Assembly (NCBI GenBank): GCA_043803815.1
Contig: JAZDJR010000004.1
Span: forward strand, 1 to 64,000
Reading direction: 5' to 3'
Source: Candidatus Micrarchaeota archaeon
Lineage (GTDB): Archaea > Iainarchaeota > Iainarchaeia > Iainarchaeales > JAGVWC01
DNA: 64,000 nt
The position numbers and the translations under genes were made by a program. This document shows, one piece after another, positions 19,355 to 29,892 of the stretch; position 1 is the first letter of the stretch, and each line of letters begins with the position of its first letter. The notes under the pieces are model-generated. The model ran no database searches. It was not told the DNA's origin and worked only from the letters and a program-made list of their open reading frames with translations.

Positions 19355-20512
19355 ATGGCCGTTGAAAAACTCCAGTTAGGGGAAAAAACCGTTTTTTTGG
19401 TCGGAACCGCGCACATTTCCCGCGAATCCGTAGAACAGGTCCGCCAAATTATCGAAAGTGAAAAACCGGATTGTGTCGGAGTCGAACTGGACGAACAGCG
19501 ATTCCACCAGTTAATGAACCAGCAAAAATGGCGGGAAACCAACGTCAGCGAAGTCATTTCGCAGGGAAAAACCCACCTCTTATTACTGAACATTTTTTTG
19601 TCCAACATCCAGCGACAGCTGGGAGAAACCGTGCAGGTAAAGCCCGGAGAAGAAATGATTGAAGCAATTACCGCAGGCCAAAAAATCGGCGCAAACATCG
19701 CGCTTTTGGACCGCAACCTCGAAGTCACCATGAAACGTGCCACCGGCCTGATTGGAATCCGCGAAAAACTCAAGCTGTTATGGTACCTGCTTTCGGGTTT
19801 TTTTGTCGAACACGAAGCAATCACCCCGCAAAAAATTGAGGAACTCAAGCAAAGCGACATGGTCACCAAACTGATTGAAGAACTCGGAAAAAAAGCGCCA
19901 ACAATCAAAAAAGTTTTGGTTGACGAACGCGATTCCTTTATCGCCGAACGAATCCGCCAAACGCTCGCCAAAAAAATGGTCGTTGTAATCGGCGCGGGAC
20001 ACCTAAACGGCCTCAAACAAAAACTGCTGCAAAACGAAGCGGTAGATTTGACCCCCTTGATGCAACTGCCCAACAAAAAATCGATTCTGGGCCTTTTGAA
20101 ATGGCTGATTCCGCTTTTGTTCGTCGCATTGCTTGGCTGGGTCTTTTTCAACAAAGGAATCCTGACCAGCCTGCAGTTTTTGGGCTACTGGATATTGATT
20201 ACCGGCGGGTTATCCGCCGTCGGCGCGGCGTTAGCCAAAAGCCACCCAGTTTCCATTCTAGTCGCTTTTATTTCCGCCCCGCTAACCACCTTGCACCCGC
20301 TTTTGGCCAGCGGCTGGTTCGCGGCAGCCGTTGAAGCCAAGTACAGAAACCCGACGGTCAACGATTTTGAAAAACTCAATACCTTAAACAGCTATTCGGA
20401 TTTTGAAAAAAACCGCGTCACGCACCTGCTATTGGTCGCGGCGTACACAAACCTCGGAAGCACGGTCGGCGTAATCATCGCGTTTCCGACACTCGTGCAC
20501 CTATTGGCTTAA
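19355..20512 (+). CDS. TraB/PrgY/GumN family protein
   Basis: LVGTAH.S, VELD..R, PG.EM, DERD and GAGH motifs; C-terminal TM helices. Confidence 0.92.
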   Translation: MAVEKLQLGEKTVFLVGTAHISRESVEQVRQIIESEKPDCVGVELDEQRFHQLMNQQKWRETNVSEVISQGKTHLLLLNIFLSNIQRQLGETVQVKPGEEMIEAITAGQKIGANIALLDRNLEVTMKRATGLIGIREKLKLLWYLLSGFFVEHEAITPQKIEELKQSDMVTKLIEELGKKAPTIKKVLVDERDSFIAERIRQTLAKKMVVVIGAGHLNGLKQKLLQNEAVDLTPLMQLPNKKSILGLLKWLIPLLFVALLGWVFFNKGILTSLQFLGYWILITGGLSAVGAALAKSHPVSILVAFISAPLTTLHPLLASGWFAAAVEAKYRNPTVNDFEKLNTLNSYSDFEKNRVTHLLLVAAYTNLGSTVGVIIAFPTLVHLLA

Positions 20513-20524
20513 AAGAGTGACAAA

Positions 20525-20665
20525 ATGAAAAAGAAAAAAATCAACAAAAATCAAAACATACTTGAGTTTTTTCGGAACCTAAAACCAAACCCCGAATTGG
20601 CCGATGCAATCGAAGAAGTTTACAAACAGCGTAAAAAGTTCAAACTAAAAAAAGTAAAATTTTAA
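20525..20665 (+). CDS. Small antitoxin-like peptide (46 aa, absent from ORF track)
   Basis: MKKKKINKNQNILEFFRNLKPNPELADAIEEVYKQRKKFKLKKVKF*. Confidence 0.4.
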   Translation: MKKKKINKNQNILEFFRNLKPNPELADAIEEVYKQRKKFKLKKVKF

Positions 20666-20688
20666 CAAAAGACTTAACAATAATTTTT

Positions 20689-21021
20689 TTATTCCACTTT
20701 CGAACCCGCAGGCATTTCCTTGTCCAAAGTCAATAGCGACACAGGTCCTTCTTTTGGACCGCTGGCCAACAGCATCCCGTGCGAAAGGATTCCGGCCAAG
20801 GGTTTGGGTTCCAGATTCGCGACTACGATTATTTGCTTTCCGTTTAATTCGTCTTTGGTGTAAAACGGCTTTAATCCCGCAACCAAAATCCGCGGATGCT
20901 CTTCGCCGATGTCGATTTGAAGCTTGTACAATTTGTCTTTTCCTTCAATGTCTTCCACCGCCAGAATATGGGCGACTTTTAACTCGATTTTTTTGAAATC
21001 CGAAAATGAAACGGTTTCCAC
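20689..21021 (-). CDS. Free-standing tRNA-binding OB domain (Trbp111/CsaA/MetRS C-terminal-like)
   Basis: F.DF.K.ELKV, DKL.KL..D.G and NL.P..L.G..S.GMLL motifs. Confidence 0.9.
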   Translation of the reverse strand: METVSFSDFKKIELKVAHILAVEDIEGKDKLYKLQIDIGEEHPRILVAGLKPFYTKDELNGKQIIVVANLEPKPLAGILSHGMLLASGPKEGPVSLLTLDKEMPAGSKVE

Positions 21022-21083
21022 GCCATCACCGAAACAGATACTGAAAAAACAGGTTTTTTAAACCAAAACAAGGTAATTCTTGC

Positions 21084-22322
21084 ATGAATTTTGAAAAATT
21101 GCGCCCCGATTTTCCGGTTTTAAGCCGAAAAATCAACGGAAAACCGGTAGTTTACCTGGACAACGCGGCTACCAGCCTAAAACCAAAACCCGTCATTGAC
21201 GCGGTCAATCGCTACTATTCCCAAGAAACCGCAAACGTCCACCGAGGACTGCACAAGCTCTCGCAGGAAGCCAGCGAAGAATACGAAAAAAGCCACACAA
21301 TAGTCGAAAAATTTGTCAACGCAAAAGCGGGAGAAATCGTTTTTACCCGCGGAACAACCGACAGTTTGAACGCAATCATGTATACGATTCTGAATAACGG
21401 GTTGGTTCAAAGCGGCGACGAAATTTTATTGACCAGAGCCGAACACCACGCGAATCTTGTTCCCTGGCAGTTTTTGGCCAAAAAAACAGGAGCCAAACTA
21501 AAATTTGCGGAATTAAACCCCGATTTTTCGCTGAACATGGCGGACTTTGAACAAAAAATGTCCAAAAAAACAAAAATCGTTTCCGTTCCGCACGTTTCCA
21601 ACACCGTTGCCGCGATTAACGACGTTTCAAAAATCGGAAAAATCGCCAAGGACAAAAACCCGAACTGCATTTTTATCGTGGACGCCGCGCAGTCGGTTCC
21701 CCACATACCAATCGACCTCAAAAAAATAAACTGCGATTTTTTGGCATTCAGCGGCCACAAAATGCTGGGACCGACCGGCATCGGAGTTTTGTACGGAAAA
21801 AAAGAACTCTTGGAAAAACTTGAACCGTTCGAATACGGCGGCGCGATGATTCACTCGGTTTCCTACGAAAAATCCTTATGGAACAAGCTGCCGGACAAAT
21901 GGGAAGCGGGAACTCCCCACATTGCCGGCGCGTACGGAATGAAAGCGGCGGTCGAATACCTTTCCAAAATCGGAATGGATAACGTGCACGAACACGAAAA
22001 ACAGCTGACAAAATTTGCATTGGAAAAACTTTCGGATCTGGAAAACCGAAAAAAAATCCGGATTTACAACCCCAAAAACGCCGAAAAACAAGGCGGCGTA
22101 ATCCTATTTGATTCACCCGCATTAGAATCCCACGAAATCGGAATCGCCCTGGACGAAATGCAAAACATAGCGGTCCGCACGGGCATGATGTGCGCACAGC
22201 CCATTGTCGAAAAGCTGAACAAACAGGGGTTGGCAAGGGCCAGCTTTTACATTTACAATACCAAAGAAGAAGTCGAAATTTTTGCCGACACAATAAGTGA
22301 AATCATCGGTTCGTTCCAGTAA
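21084..22322 (+). CDS. sufS: Cysteine desulfurase, SufS type
   Basis: YLDNAATS.KP, EHHAN.VPW, SGHKM.GPTG, EAGTP and RTG..CAQP motifs. Confidence 0.92.
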   Translation: MNFEKLRPDFPVLSRKINGKPVVYLDNAATSLKPKPVIDAVNRYYSQETANVHRGLHKLSQEASEEYEKSHTIVEKFVNAKAGEIVFTRGTTDSLNAIMYTILNNGLVQSGDEILLTRAEHHANLVPWQFLAKKTGAKLKFAELNPDFSLNMADFEQKMSKKTKIVSVPHVSNTVAAINDVSKIGKIAKDKNPNCIFIVDAAQSVPHIPIDLKKINCDFLAFSGHKMLGPTGIGVLYGKKELLEKLEPFEYGGAMIHSVSYEKSLWNKLPDKWEAGTPHIAGAYGMKAAVEYLSKIGMDNVHEHEKQLTKFALEKLSDLENRKKIRIYNPKNAEKQGGVILFDSPALESHEIGIALDEMQNIAVRTGMMCAQPIVEKLNKQGLARASFYIYNTKEEVEIFADTISEIIGSFQ

Positions 22323-22363
22323 TCACTTTTTTTGAACCTGCGCAACCGCTTGACTTTTATTAA

Positions 22364-22990
22364 CTATTTCCCGGGCCTGCGACGTGTAAGCCGCAATCTC
22401 AATCGCTGAAATAAATTTGGCCTTGCGGGAGGTTGAGGCGCAGCAGCCGGCGGACGCGGGGACATAGCAATGGGTGGTCGCGAAGGTTCCCTGCGAAGCG
22501 GTGCCGCTTGAGGCTTTGGTGCCACGGATCTTTGCGGCAAAGGGCGCGGATTTTTCTGCTGCTCAGAAATTTTTTTTACCAATTTGGGCAGTTGGGGGTC
22601 ATCGGCATACAACACATTGGTTGCAATCGTTTTCAATTGCGGCGAAAACTTCGGCGTTAGCAGGTGGTTTATCAGCCGAAGCTGCAGTACCTCCAATTCA
22701 CTGACACTGACTCTGGCCGCATTTAAATTTGCTGAAACTTGGCGCAATTTTTCCGCGGCAGTTGGGTCGGTTTGAGAACCTGACTGCGCAGAAGCCAGTC
22801 TGTGTTGCTGTGCAAACAAGATATCACGGGCGTTGCTTCTCTCTTTCAACGATTCTTCTAGTTCAAGCGCACTGGTTACCAGTTCATGAAAAGAGTTTCT
22901 GGCAATAACCTGATCCACCCAAACTTCGCTTTTTACCATGTGCTGACCTTTTGAAAATAATTGAAGAAAGCGGTATTTAATACCAGCCAT
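22364..22990 (-). CDS. Hypothetical coiled-coil protein with Pro-rich linker and Arg-rich C-terminus
   Basis: 208-aa ORF ending RLRLRLTRRRPGK. Confidence 0.6.
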   Translation of the reverse strand: MAGIKYRFLQLFSKGQHMVKSEVWVDQVIARNSFHELVTSALELEESLKERSNARDILFAQQHRLASAQSGSQTDPTAAEKLRQVSANLNAARVSVSELEVLQLRLINHLLTPKFSPQLKTIATNVLYADDPQLPKLVKKISEQQKNPRPLPQRSVAPKPQAAPLRREPSRPPIAMSPRPPAAAPQPPARPNLFQRLRLRLTRRRPGK

Positions 22991-23037
22991 TTTCCCAAGC
23001 GATTGTCAAAAATGATTCTGTGGCCAAAATCGGCCAT

Positions 23038-23076
23038 AAGCCATCCGTTTCCTCGCGCTTCGCGGCTGCTTTGGGT
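23038..23076 (-). repeat. Junction motif copy 5
   Basis: Minus strand acccaaagCAGC-cgcGAAgcg-CG-aggaaa-CGGAT-ggctt, abutting the YbaK stop. Confidence 0.85.
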
Positions 23077-23535
23077 TCAAAGCGGTTCGGAAATGTCCGC
23101 GACGGTCAAATCGGTTCCGAACTCTTTTATTTCCTTTATCGGAATCAAAACCAGGTGCGAGTTGTCCCCGCCGCCGGCAAAAACCGAATCGCTTGGGGAA
23201 AAACACGAATCCAAAACGGTTTTAACGCCAAAAATCGAGACTGGCGGAACGCCGCCGATTTCATAACCCGTCATTTCAAACACTTCTTTTTCGGACGCCA
23301 AGCGAAGCTTGGATGAACCCGTAACTTTTTGGAGTTTTGCCGTGTCCACGTTCTGGTCTCCCGGAACCAATGCCAAAACGCCGTTTTGGTCCTTGTCCAC
23401 GAACAAAATCGACTTGAGCACCTTGGACAAAGGAACATTCATCAGTCTTGCTGCGGCCTTGGCGGAATGAACTTCTTCCCCGCAATCCAAAATCTTGGCG
23501 GACAATTTGTTCGCTTCGATAAAATCGTCGAGCAT
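23077..23535 (-). CDS. YbaK/EbsC aminoacyl-tRNA deacylase family
   Basis: KSILF, TGY.IGGVPP and FAGGG motifs. Confidence 0.9.
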   Translation of the reverse strand: MLDDFIEANKLSAKILDCGEEVHSAKAAARLMNVPLSKVLKSILFVDKDQNGVLALVPGDQNVDTAKLQKVTGSSKLRLASEKEVFEMTGYEIGGVPPVSIFGVKTVLDSCFSPSDSVFAGGGDNSHLVLIPIKEIKEFGTDLTVADISEPL

Positions 23536-23607
23536 GCACTGACCCAATTGCAAAAAAAATAAAAAGAAGAGGTTCGGCGTTGCCGCCGAAACCCTGGTTC
23601 AAACGAT

Positions 23608-24777
23608 TTATTTGCACGCGGCTTTAAGCGCCTGGACTTTGTCGGTTTTTTCCCAGGTAAAATCCGGGTCGTTTCTGCCAAAGTGGCCGTACGCCGAGGT
23701 TTTCTGGTAAATCGGCCGTGCGAGCCTTAATTCGCGCACGATATCGGCTGGTTTGAGGGGAAACAATTTGCGCACCGCAGCCTCGATTTTTTCCTCTGAA
23801 ACCTTGTTGGTTCCGTCGGTGTGCACAAGAACCGAGACCGGTTCCGCGACTCCAATCGCGTATGCCAATTGGACCTCGCACTTGTCCGCCAATCCGGCCG
23901 CTACAACGTTTTTGGCAATGTAGCGCGCCGCGTAGGCAGCGCTTCTATCCACTTTGGTGGGGTCTTTTCCCGAAAAGGCGCCTCCGCCGTGCGAACTGTG
24001 TCCGCCATAGGTATCGGCGATGATTTTTCGCCCTGTCAAGCCCGAATCCGCTGCGGGACCGCCAAAAACGAATCGCCCGGTTGGATTGATGAAGATTTTG
24101 GTTTTGGAGTCCAACCACTTTCCGCAGACTGGGTCAATGACTTTTTCCTTGATTTGCTTTCGAAGCTCTTCAATCGGAAATTTTTCCGAATGATGCACGG
24201 AAACTACCACGGTTTCCAATCGTTTGATTTTCCCGTTTTCGTATTCCACGGTTACCTGGCTTTTTCCGTCCGGATAAATTTCCTTGATTTCGCCTTTTTT
24301 CCTGCATTCGGTCAGACGCATAGTCAATTTGTGCGCCAGCACAATCGAGAAGGGCAGGTACTCGGGAGTTTCGTTGCAGGCAAAACCGAACATAAGTCCC
24401 TGGTCCCCCGCGCCTTGTTCCTTAAAGTCGCCTTCTCCTTCGTTGACTCCTTGCGCTATGTCGGGGCTCTGGCTGTGAATCGCGCTTAACACCGCGACGT
24501 TCTTGTAATCAAAACCGATGTTCGGGTCGGTATAACCAATGGCTTTAATGGCGTCTCTAGCCACTTTTTCATAATCCACTTTGGCTTTGGTGCGGACTTC
24601 GCCTGCCAAAACGCACAAGCCGGTTGTAACCAAAGTTTCAAGCCCTGTATGCGAATTCGGGTCCTGTTCCAAACAAGCGTCTAAAATGGCGTCTGATATT
24701 CTGTCAGCCACTTTGTCCGGGTGTCCATCCGTTACGGACTCGGAAGTGAACAAATATTTTTCTCGTGAAATGCTCAT
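23608..24777 (-). CDS. metK: S-adenosylmethionine synthetase, bacterial/eukaryotic type
   Basis: FTSESV..GHPDK, GAGDQG and [15 protein letters not shown] motifs. Confidence 0.97.
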   Translation of the reverse strand: MSISREKYLFTSESVTDGHPDKVADRISDAILDACLEQDPNSHTGLETLVTTGLCVLAGEVRTKAKVDYEKVARDAIKAIGYTDPNIGFDYKNVAVLSAIHSQSPDIAQGVNEGEGDFKEQGAGDQGLMFGFACNETPEYLPFSIVLAHKLTMRLTECRKKGEIKEIYPDGKSQVTVEYENGKIKRLETVVVSVHHSEKFPIEELRKQIKEKVIDPVCGKWLDSKTKIFINPTGRFVFGGPAADSGLTGRKIIADTYGGHSSHGGGAFSGKDPTKVDRSAAYAARYIAKNVVAAGLADKCEVQLAYAIGVAEPVSVLVHTDGTNKVSEEKIEAAVRKLFPLKPADIVRELRLARPIYQKTSAYGHFGRNDPDFTWEKTDKVQALKAACK

Positions 24778-24861
24778 GTTATTCCTCCTTTTTTGAAATC
24801 AACACCAGTACGAACACTTCATAGTAGTCCTTTAATACTTTTTTGGTGCATAAAAAATTCT

Positions 24862-24879
24862 AATTGGAATATTCCGATT
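24862..24879. promoter_or_regulatory. Near-perfect 18-bp palindrome, candidate operator between metK and the HTH-CBS gene
   Basis: aattggaat|attccgatt. Confidence 0.45.
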
Positions 24880-24918
24880 CGAATGAATGTTTTTTACCCT
24901 TTGGAGCTGAAAATAACC

Positions 24919-25506
24919 ATGCTGCCGGAACTAAGCGAACTCAAATTCAAGCGAAAACAATTGAACTTAACGCAGGTGCAATTGTCCGAACTCTCCAAGG
25001 TTTCGCAGTCATTGATTGCCAAAATCGAATCCGGAAAAACGATTCCCAGCTACGAAAACGCCAAAAAACTCTTTGACGCACTTGAAAAAACCGGCCAGAT
25101 TCACAGGGTGCTGGCCGAACACTTGATGAAAAAACCCGTGCTTTTCGTTCATGCAACCGACACAGTTCAAAAAGCAATCCGCCTGATGCAAAAAAACGGG
25201 ATTTCGCAACTACCTGTGCTTGAAAATCGGGTGGTCATCGGAACGGTTTCCGAAAACGGTTTGCTTGAAAAAAGCCAGTCCAAATCCCGCGAAAACCTCC
25301 ACTCCGCGCAAGTCAAAACCGTTTTGGAACCCGCCTTGCCGCAGGTCCCTCCCGAAACCCCCATCCAATCCTTGGGAACGATTCTGGAACACGCTCCCGC
25401 GGCTTTGGTAACCCAAAACGGCTCCTTAATCGGAATCGTCTCGCAATCCGATTACTTAAAAACCGTTGCAAGCAAAAAAATAACCAAACACCAAAGGCTG
25501 ATTTAA
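24919..25506 (+). CDS. XRE-HTH plus tandem CBS domain transcriptional regulator
   Basis: LTQ.QL..LS.VSQSLIAKIE.G...PSY; M...GISQLPV. Confidence 0.9.
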   Translation: MLPELSELKFKRKQLNLTQVQLSELSKVSQSLIAKIESGKTIPSYENAKKLFDALEKTGQIHRVLAEHLMKKPVLFVHATDTVQKAIRLMQKNGISQLPVLENRVVIGTVSENGLLEKSQSKSRENLHSAQVKTVLEPALPQVPPETPIQSLGTILEHAPAALVTQNGSLIGIVSQSDYLKTVASKKITKHQRLI

Positions 25507-25508
25507 AC

Positions 25509-26009
25509 ATGAAAAATCAAACGAACAACACCGTTTACGAGAGTATAAAAGAATCTCTCAAACATGTCGGGATTGGAGTTTTACCAATAATCATTTGGGT
25601 ATTCACGGCAATGAGTTTATTTTTTTTAGCAGGAAATATCGAAAACTCAAGCAATTATCTAAGTGTTATTAATTTATTAGTTCTTTTTGGATTCACTTTC
25701 TCCATAGGACTATTTACGTATCACCCAATTGTGAGAGATGAAAAAGACACCACACACCAAAGGAAAATTTTGTTATATGGGCTTATTGCATTTATGTGCA
25801 CAATCATTTTTGCACTAAGTCTATTTGGGATTCATTCTAACGATGTAACTTTTAAATCTGGAACAGATGCATGGATTATACAACTTAGAGATTTATTCCA
25901 TACAATAGCATCACTTACATTAGTTTTGTCAATTGCGGGTTTCTTTTCAGCGTTATTAGCAACAATTATTGAATTTGCCCAAAAAACAAAAAATATGTAT
26001 TTTGGTTAA
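25509..26009 (+). CDS. Hypothetical 4-TM membrane protein, visibly AT-rich
   Basis: 166-aa hydrophobic ORF. Confidence 0.6.
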   Translation: MKNQTNNTVYESIKESLKHVGIGVLPIIIWVFTAMSLFFLAGNIENSSNYLSVINLLVLFGFTFSIGLFTYHPIVRDEKDTTHQRKILLYGLIAFMCTIIFALSLFGIHSNDVTFKSGTDAWIIQLRDLFHTIASLTLVLSIAGFFSALLATIIEFAQKTKNMYFG

Positions 26010-26021
26010 AAAAAGTAAAAT

Positions 26022-28400
26022 GTGAACCTCATGCCGATTGAATCCAAGCGATGGGAAAAAGAATTCGAAACCCAAATTCTTGCGGACTGGAAAACCAAAA
26101 CCGATTATCGCTTTGACCCAAAGTCCCCAAAAAAAGTCTTTTCCATTGATACCCCGCCGCCCTACGTGAACTCTGCCGTGCACGTGGGCCACACCGCCAC
26201 TTACTGCGTAATGGACTTCATCGCCCGATTCCGACGGCAAAATGGATTTAACGTACTGTTCCCACTCGGCCTTGACCGAAACGGTTTGCCGATTGAAATG
26301 GCTGCTGAAAAAAAATTCGGAAAGCGTTTTAACGAAGTTTCGCGCGAAGAATTTTTGGGGTTGTGCCAAAAAGTTCTAGAAGAATCCAGCGCGGAAAGCG
26401 TGGACTCGTTTTACCGCCACGGCATCAGTTTCAATTCGTATAAAATCGGAAACGAACTGGGAGAAATCTACCAGACCGACTCGCCGCACTACCGCAGTTT
26501 AACGCAAGACACGTTCATCGAACTGTACAACAAAGGCCTCATTTACGAAGACTTTCGCATCAACAACTACTGCCCCGGATGCCGCACAACCGTTGCAGAC
26601 GCGGAAATCATTTACACGGACAAAGACTCCACATTCAACGACATCATATTTACAGTAAAAGAAACGGGAGAAAAAATCGTCATCGGAACCACGCGACCCG
26701 AACTCGTTGCCACCTGCGGAATGATAATTTTTAATCCGCAAGACCAGCGATACCAAAAACTCGACGGCTTGCACGCGATTACCCCGATTTTTGAAAAAAC
26801 CGTTCCCATCAAAGCCCATACTTTGGCCGAAATCGGCAAAGGAACAGGGCTTGCCATGATGTGCAGTGCCGGCGATTTAAGCGACATCCGGTTTTTCCGC
26901 GAAATGAAACTCAAACCAATCATTGCAATTGACAGCGACGGAAAAATGAACGAACACGCGGGATTTTTGCAAGGCCTTAGGGTAAAACCCGCACGCCAAA
27001 AAATGATTGACGAACTCAAAGCCAAAGGACTGCTCGTCAACCAAAAACCCGTCGTTCACCGCACACCGGTCTGCGAACGAAGCAAAGACGACATTGAATT
27101 CATCGAAATGAACGAACTATACCTCAAGCAAACCGACTACAGGGAAAAAATGAAAAAATTATCCGCGTCCGTGCATTTCTTTGCCGAAGAAAGCCGGCAA
27201 ATTTTGCTCGATTGGATTGATTCAATCTCAATCGACTGGCCGATTTCACGCCGCCGCTATTACGGAACCGAAATACCGCTTTGGTACTGCAAAAAATGCA
27301 AACACGCAATCGTTCCCCAAAAAGGAAAATACCACCAGCCCTGGAAACAAAAAGCACCCATTGCCAAATGCCCCAAATGCGGACACTCCGAATTCCGAGG
27401 AGAAGAACGCGTATTTGACACCTGGTTTGACTCCTCGATTTCACCACTCTACATTTTGCAATGGACGCGCAACGAAAACTTTTTCAAAAAAGCAATTCCG
27501 TGTTCCTTGCGGCCGCAAGGAAAAGAAATCGTGCGCACCTGGCTCTATTACACTCTTTTCAAATGCTATTTGCTCACCGACAAGCCGATTTTCCAAGACG
27601 TTTGGATTCATCATCACATTGTCGGCGAAGACGGGAAAAAATTCTCCAAAAGCGCTGGCACGGGAGTCGACCCCAAAGTCGTATTGGAGCGCTTTGGCGC
27701 CGAACCCTTCCGATTATGGACCGCACTCGAAGGAAACCTTCACTCTTCCGACTTGCGATGCAGTTTTGAACGAATCGAAGGCGCTTCCAAAACCCTCACC
27801 AAACTCTGGAACACCAGCCGATTCATCTCCCAGTTTTCCAAGCCGAATGCAAAACCCAAAAAACCGGAAATCATCGACGAATGGATACTCAAAGAACTCA
27901 ACCAAATCGCAAAATTTTCAGGCGAACATTATTTCGAGTACGATTTCCACAATCCCATGACGCGCTTGTCCAACTTTTTATGGGACACGTTTTCCTCGCA
28001 CTATTTGGAACTCGTCAAAAGCCGCGCCTACAACAAAAATAACGAGTTCTCCAAAGAACAACAGGATGCTGCGGCGTGGACCTTGTACGCCTGCATTGAA
28101 AAAATGTTGAGGCTATGGTTTCCCGTCAATCCGTTTATTACCACAAAATTGTATTTTGAATTGTTCCAGCAAAACATCGAAGCACAGGCATTTGTCGAAT
28201 ACGATTCCAAACTTGAAAAAGAACTCGGATTCTCAACCGACGAACTCAAGGCCTTGAACAGCTCGATTTGGCAGGCCAAACGCGACCAATCCTTGGCGCT
28301 CAACGCACCGATTGAAAAATTCGCGATGCCTGAAAAATTCAAGTCCATTAAAAAAACACTGGCCGCGTGCCACCAAATACAAAAAATTACCTGGGTTTAA
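26022..28400 (+). CDS. valS: Valine--tRNA ligase
   Basis: IDTPPPY, HVGH, TTRPE, W.ISRRRYYG, DTWFDSS and KFSKS motifs. Confidence 0.93.
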   Translation: MNLMPIESKRWEKEFETQILADWKTKTDYRFDPKSPKKVFSIDTPPPYVNSAVHVGHTATYCVMDFIARFRRQNGFNVLFPLGLDRNGLPIEMAAEKKFGKRFNEVSREEFLGLCQKVLEESSAESVDSFYRHGISFNSYKIGNELGEIYQTDSPHYRSLTQDTFIELYNKGLIYEDFRINNYCPGCRTTVADAEIIYTDKDSTFNDIIFTVKETGEKIVIGTTRPELVATCGMIIFNPQDQRYQKLDGLHAITPIFEKTVPIKAHTLAEIGKGTGLAMMCSAGDLSDIRFFREMKLKPIIAIDSDGKMNEHAGFLQGLRVKPARQKMIDELKAKGLLVNQKPVVHRTPVCERSKDDIEFIEMNELYLKQTDYREKMKKLSASVHFFAEESRQILLDWIDSISIDWPISRRRYYGTEIPLWYCKKCKHAIVPQKGKYHQPWKQKAPIAKCPKCGHSEFRGEERVFDTWFDSSISPLYILQWTRNENFFKKAIPCSLRPQGKEIVRTWLYYTLFKCYLLTDKPIFQDVWIHHHIVGEDGKKFSKSAGTGVDPKVVLERFGAEPFRLWTALEGNLHSSDLRCSFERIEGASKTLTKLWNTSRFISQFSKPNAKPKKPEIIDEWILKELNQIAKFSGEHYFEYDFHNPMTRLSNFLWDTFSSHYLELVKSRAYNKNNEFSKEQQDAAAWTLYACIEKMLRLWFPVNPFITTKLYFELFQQNIEAQAFVEYDSKLEKELGFSTDELKALNSSIWQAKRDQSLALNAPIEKFAMPEKFKSIKKTLAACHQIQKITWV

Positions 28401-28435
28401 CCAATTGAAATCAAAAAACGTTAGATGGAGTTGAA

Positions 28436-29155
28436 ATGCCAAAAAAACAAACCGTTTCAGCAAAAAATCGTCAACGGGCCCGCCAAACAATCCGGCGAAG
28501 ACAAGCATTACAGTATTCCAAGTTTTCCTCGAAACTGGCCGGACTGGGGTTGTTAAAACGGGTTTTAGTCCAGAACCCCGGCATTCGTCTTTTACCCTAC
28601 CGGATTGTTCGCAAACCCGAAACGTTTTCACTTGCGACATTTCATCCTCTTCCGGAAAGGGTACTGGTGCGAAGCGATGAAGCCAATTCCAGAGGTTCTT
28701 ATTCTTGGGATATAATGCCGCGAAGGACATTTTACGTGAACAAACGCAACCCAAAAGAAACTGAAAACGAAATTCGTGCATTTATGACGGAATACTTTGG
28801 GTACACGAGAAACCTGTTTTATATTGTTCATCCATTGCGAGCATTACAAGAGTACCACACAATTGGAAAAGTTTATCGGGACGGCGCCAAAGTAAAGATT
28901 GAAATAAAAGAAGCGAAAAAATCTTTTAAGCAGGTCCCGATTTCAATCAGTTTGTTTCGGAATGCTTTTGGGAATCATCAGGGAGCCACGGAAGTCAAAT
29001 CCATCCATAGCCAGAAAAAAGGTTTAACAAAAAAGGTCGATCAATTAGCCCAAACACTGGCACGACTTGGTGGCAAAAAATTCGAATTCAGCTTTGTAAC
29101 CTATAAAGACTCGCCAAATCAACCCGAAATATACGATTTATTACTTCTCAAATAA
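28436..29155 (+). CDS. Hypothetical protein with basic N-terminus
   Basis: 239-aa ORF. Confidence 0.6.
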   Translation: MPKKQTVSAKNRQRARQTIRRRQALQYSKFSSKLAGLGLLKRVLVQNPGIRLLPYRIVRKPETFSLATFHPLPERVLVRSDEANSRGSYSWDIMPRRTFYVNKRNPKETENEIRAFMTEYFGYTRNLFYIVHPLRALQEYHTIGKVYRDGAKVKIEIKEAKKSFKQVPISISLFRNAFGNHQGATEVKSIHSQKKGLTKKVDQLAQTLARLGGKKFEFSFVTYKDSPNQPEIYDLLLLK

Positions 29156-29250
29156 TCAAGAATTAGCGGACCGCAACCAAAACAATTTTTATACTGCCAA
29201 CCCCAATCGCCAAACGCAGTATTTTTATAGGCGGAATCGGTTGTTTTTAT

Positions 29251-29799
29251 ATGAGTAAAAGGATTTGGAAAAAACCTTCCACACGAAGGGGTGCAAGGGC
29301 ATTACAACGGAGTCTCAATCGCATGCATATCGACTTGTTAAGGGCTGGCCGTGAGCGACTCGATCCAATAACCTAAAATTTTATTGCCAACAAGACCCCT
29401 GCCCAAAAAAGGGCTCTGTCTGAACAAAAAATGGAAAACAAAGCAGCAGCTTGGTTTAACCAGCGCCGGGACCGATTCCAAGAAAGATACGCTTACCATC
29501 ACGGACGCGTTACACAATTTTTAAAGGGGTGGGAAAAAATTGCTAAACAAAACCCGTTCAAACAAAAAAACCTTAAAAATGCTTTAGCGTTGCGCAGAAG
29601 CGCGGAGCTTGTTCAAGCGGAACTGGCGGAATTTGTCAAACTCGTGCGAACCATCAATTATGAATGGGTTCCGGAATCGCGAGAGGCATACTACAAAGAT
29701 TTTGTCGAACCATTCGAAAAAAGCCATACGAAAGTAACCGATTTCCTTGCGCTATGCGACCAAGCAATCGCTGTACTGCGTGAGAAAGAAAGACTATAG
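29251..29799 (+). pseudogene. Hypothetical gene with in-frame TAA at 29374-29376
   Basis: MSKRIWKKPSTRR... is in frame with the 29431-29799 ORF apart from one stop codon. Confidence 0.5.
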
Positions 29800-29851
29800 C
29801 AATTATCTGTGATTTCTAATTCATACAAAATCCAATATATTGTATACTCAA

Positions 29852-29892
29852 TATACCCAAAGAAGGCCGGCGGCGGCTGGGTGCGGATAGCT
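29852..29892 (+). repeat. Degenerate junction motif copy
   Basis: tatacccaaa-gaaggccggc...gCGGATagct, similar to 17361-17401 with an 8-nt deletion. Confidence 0.5.
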
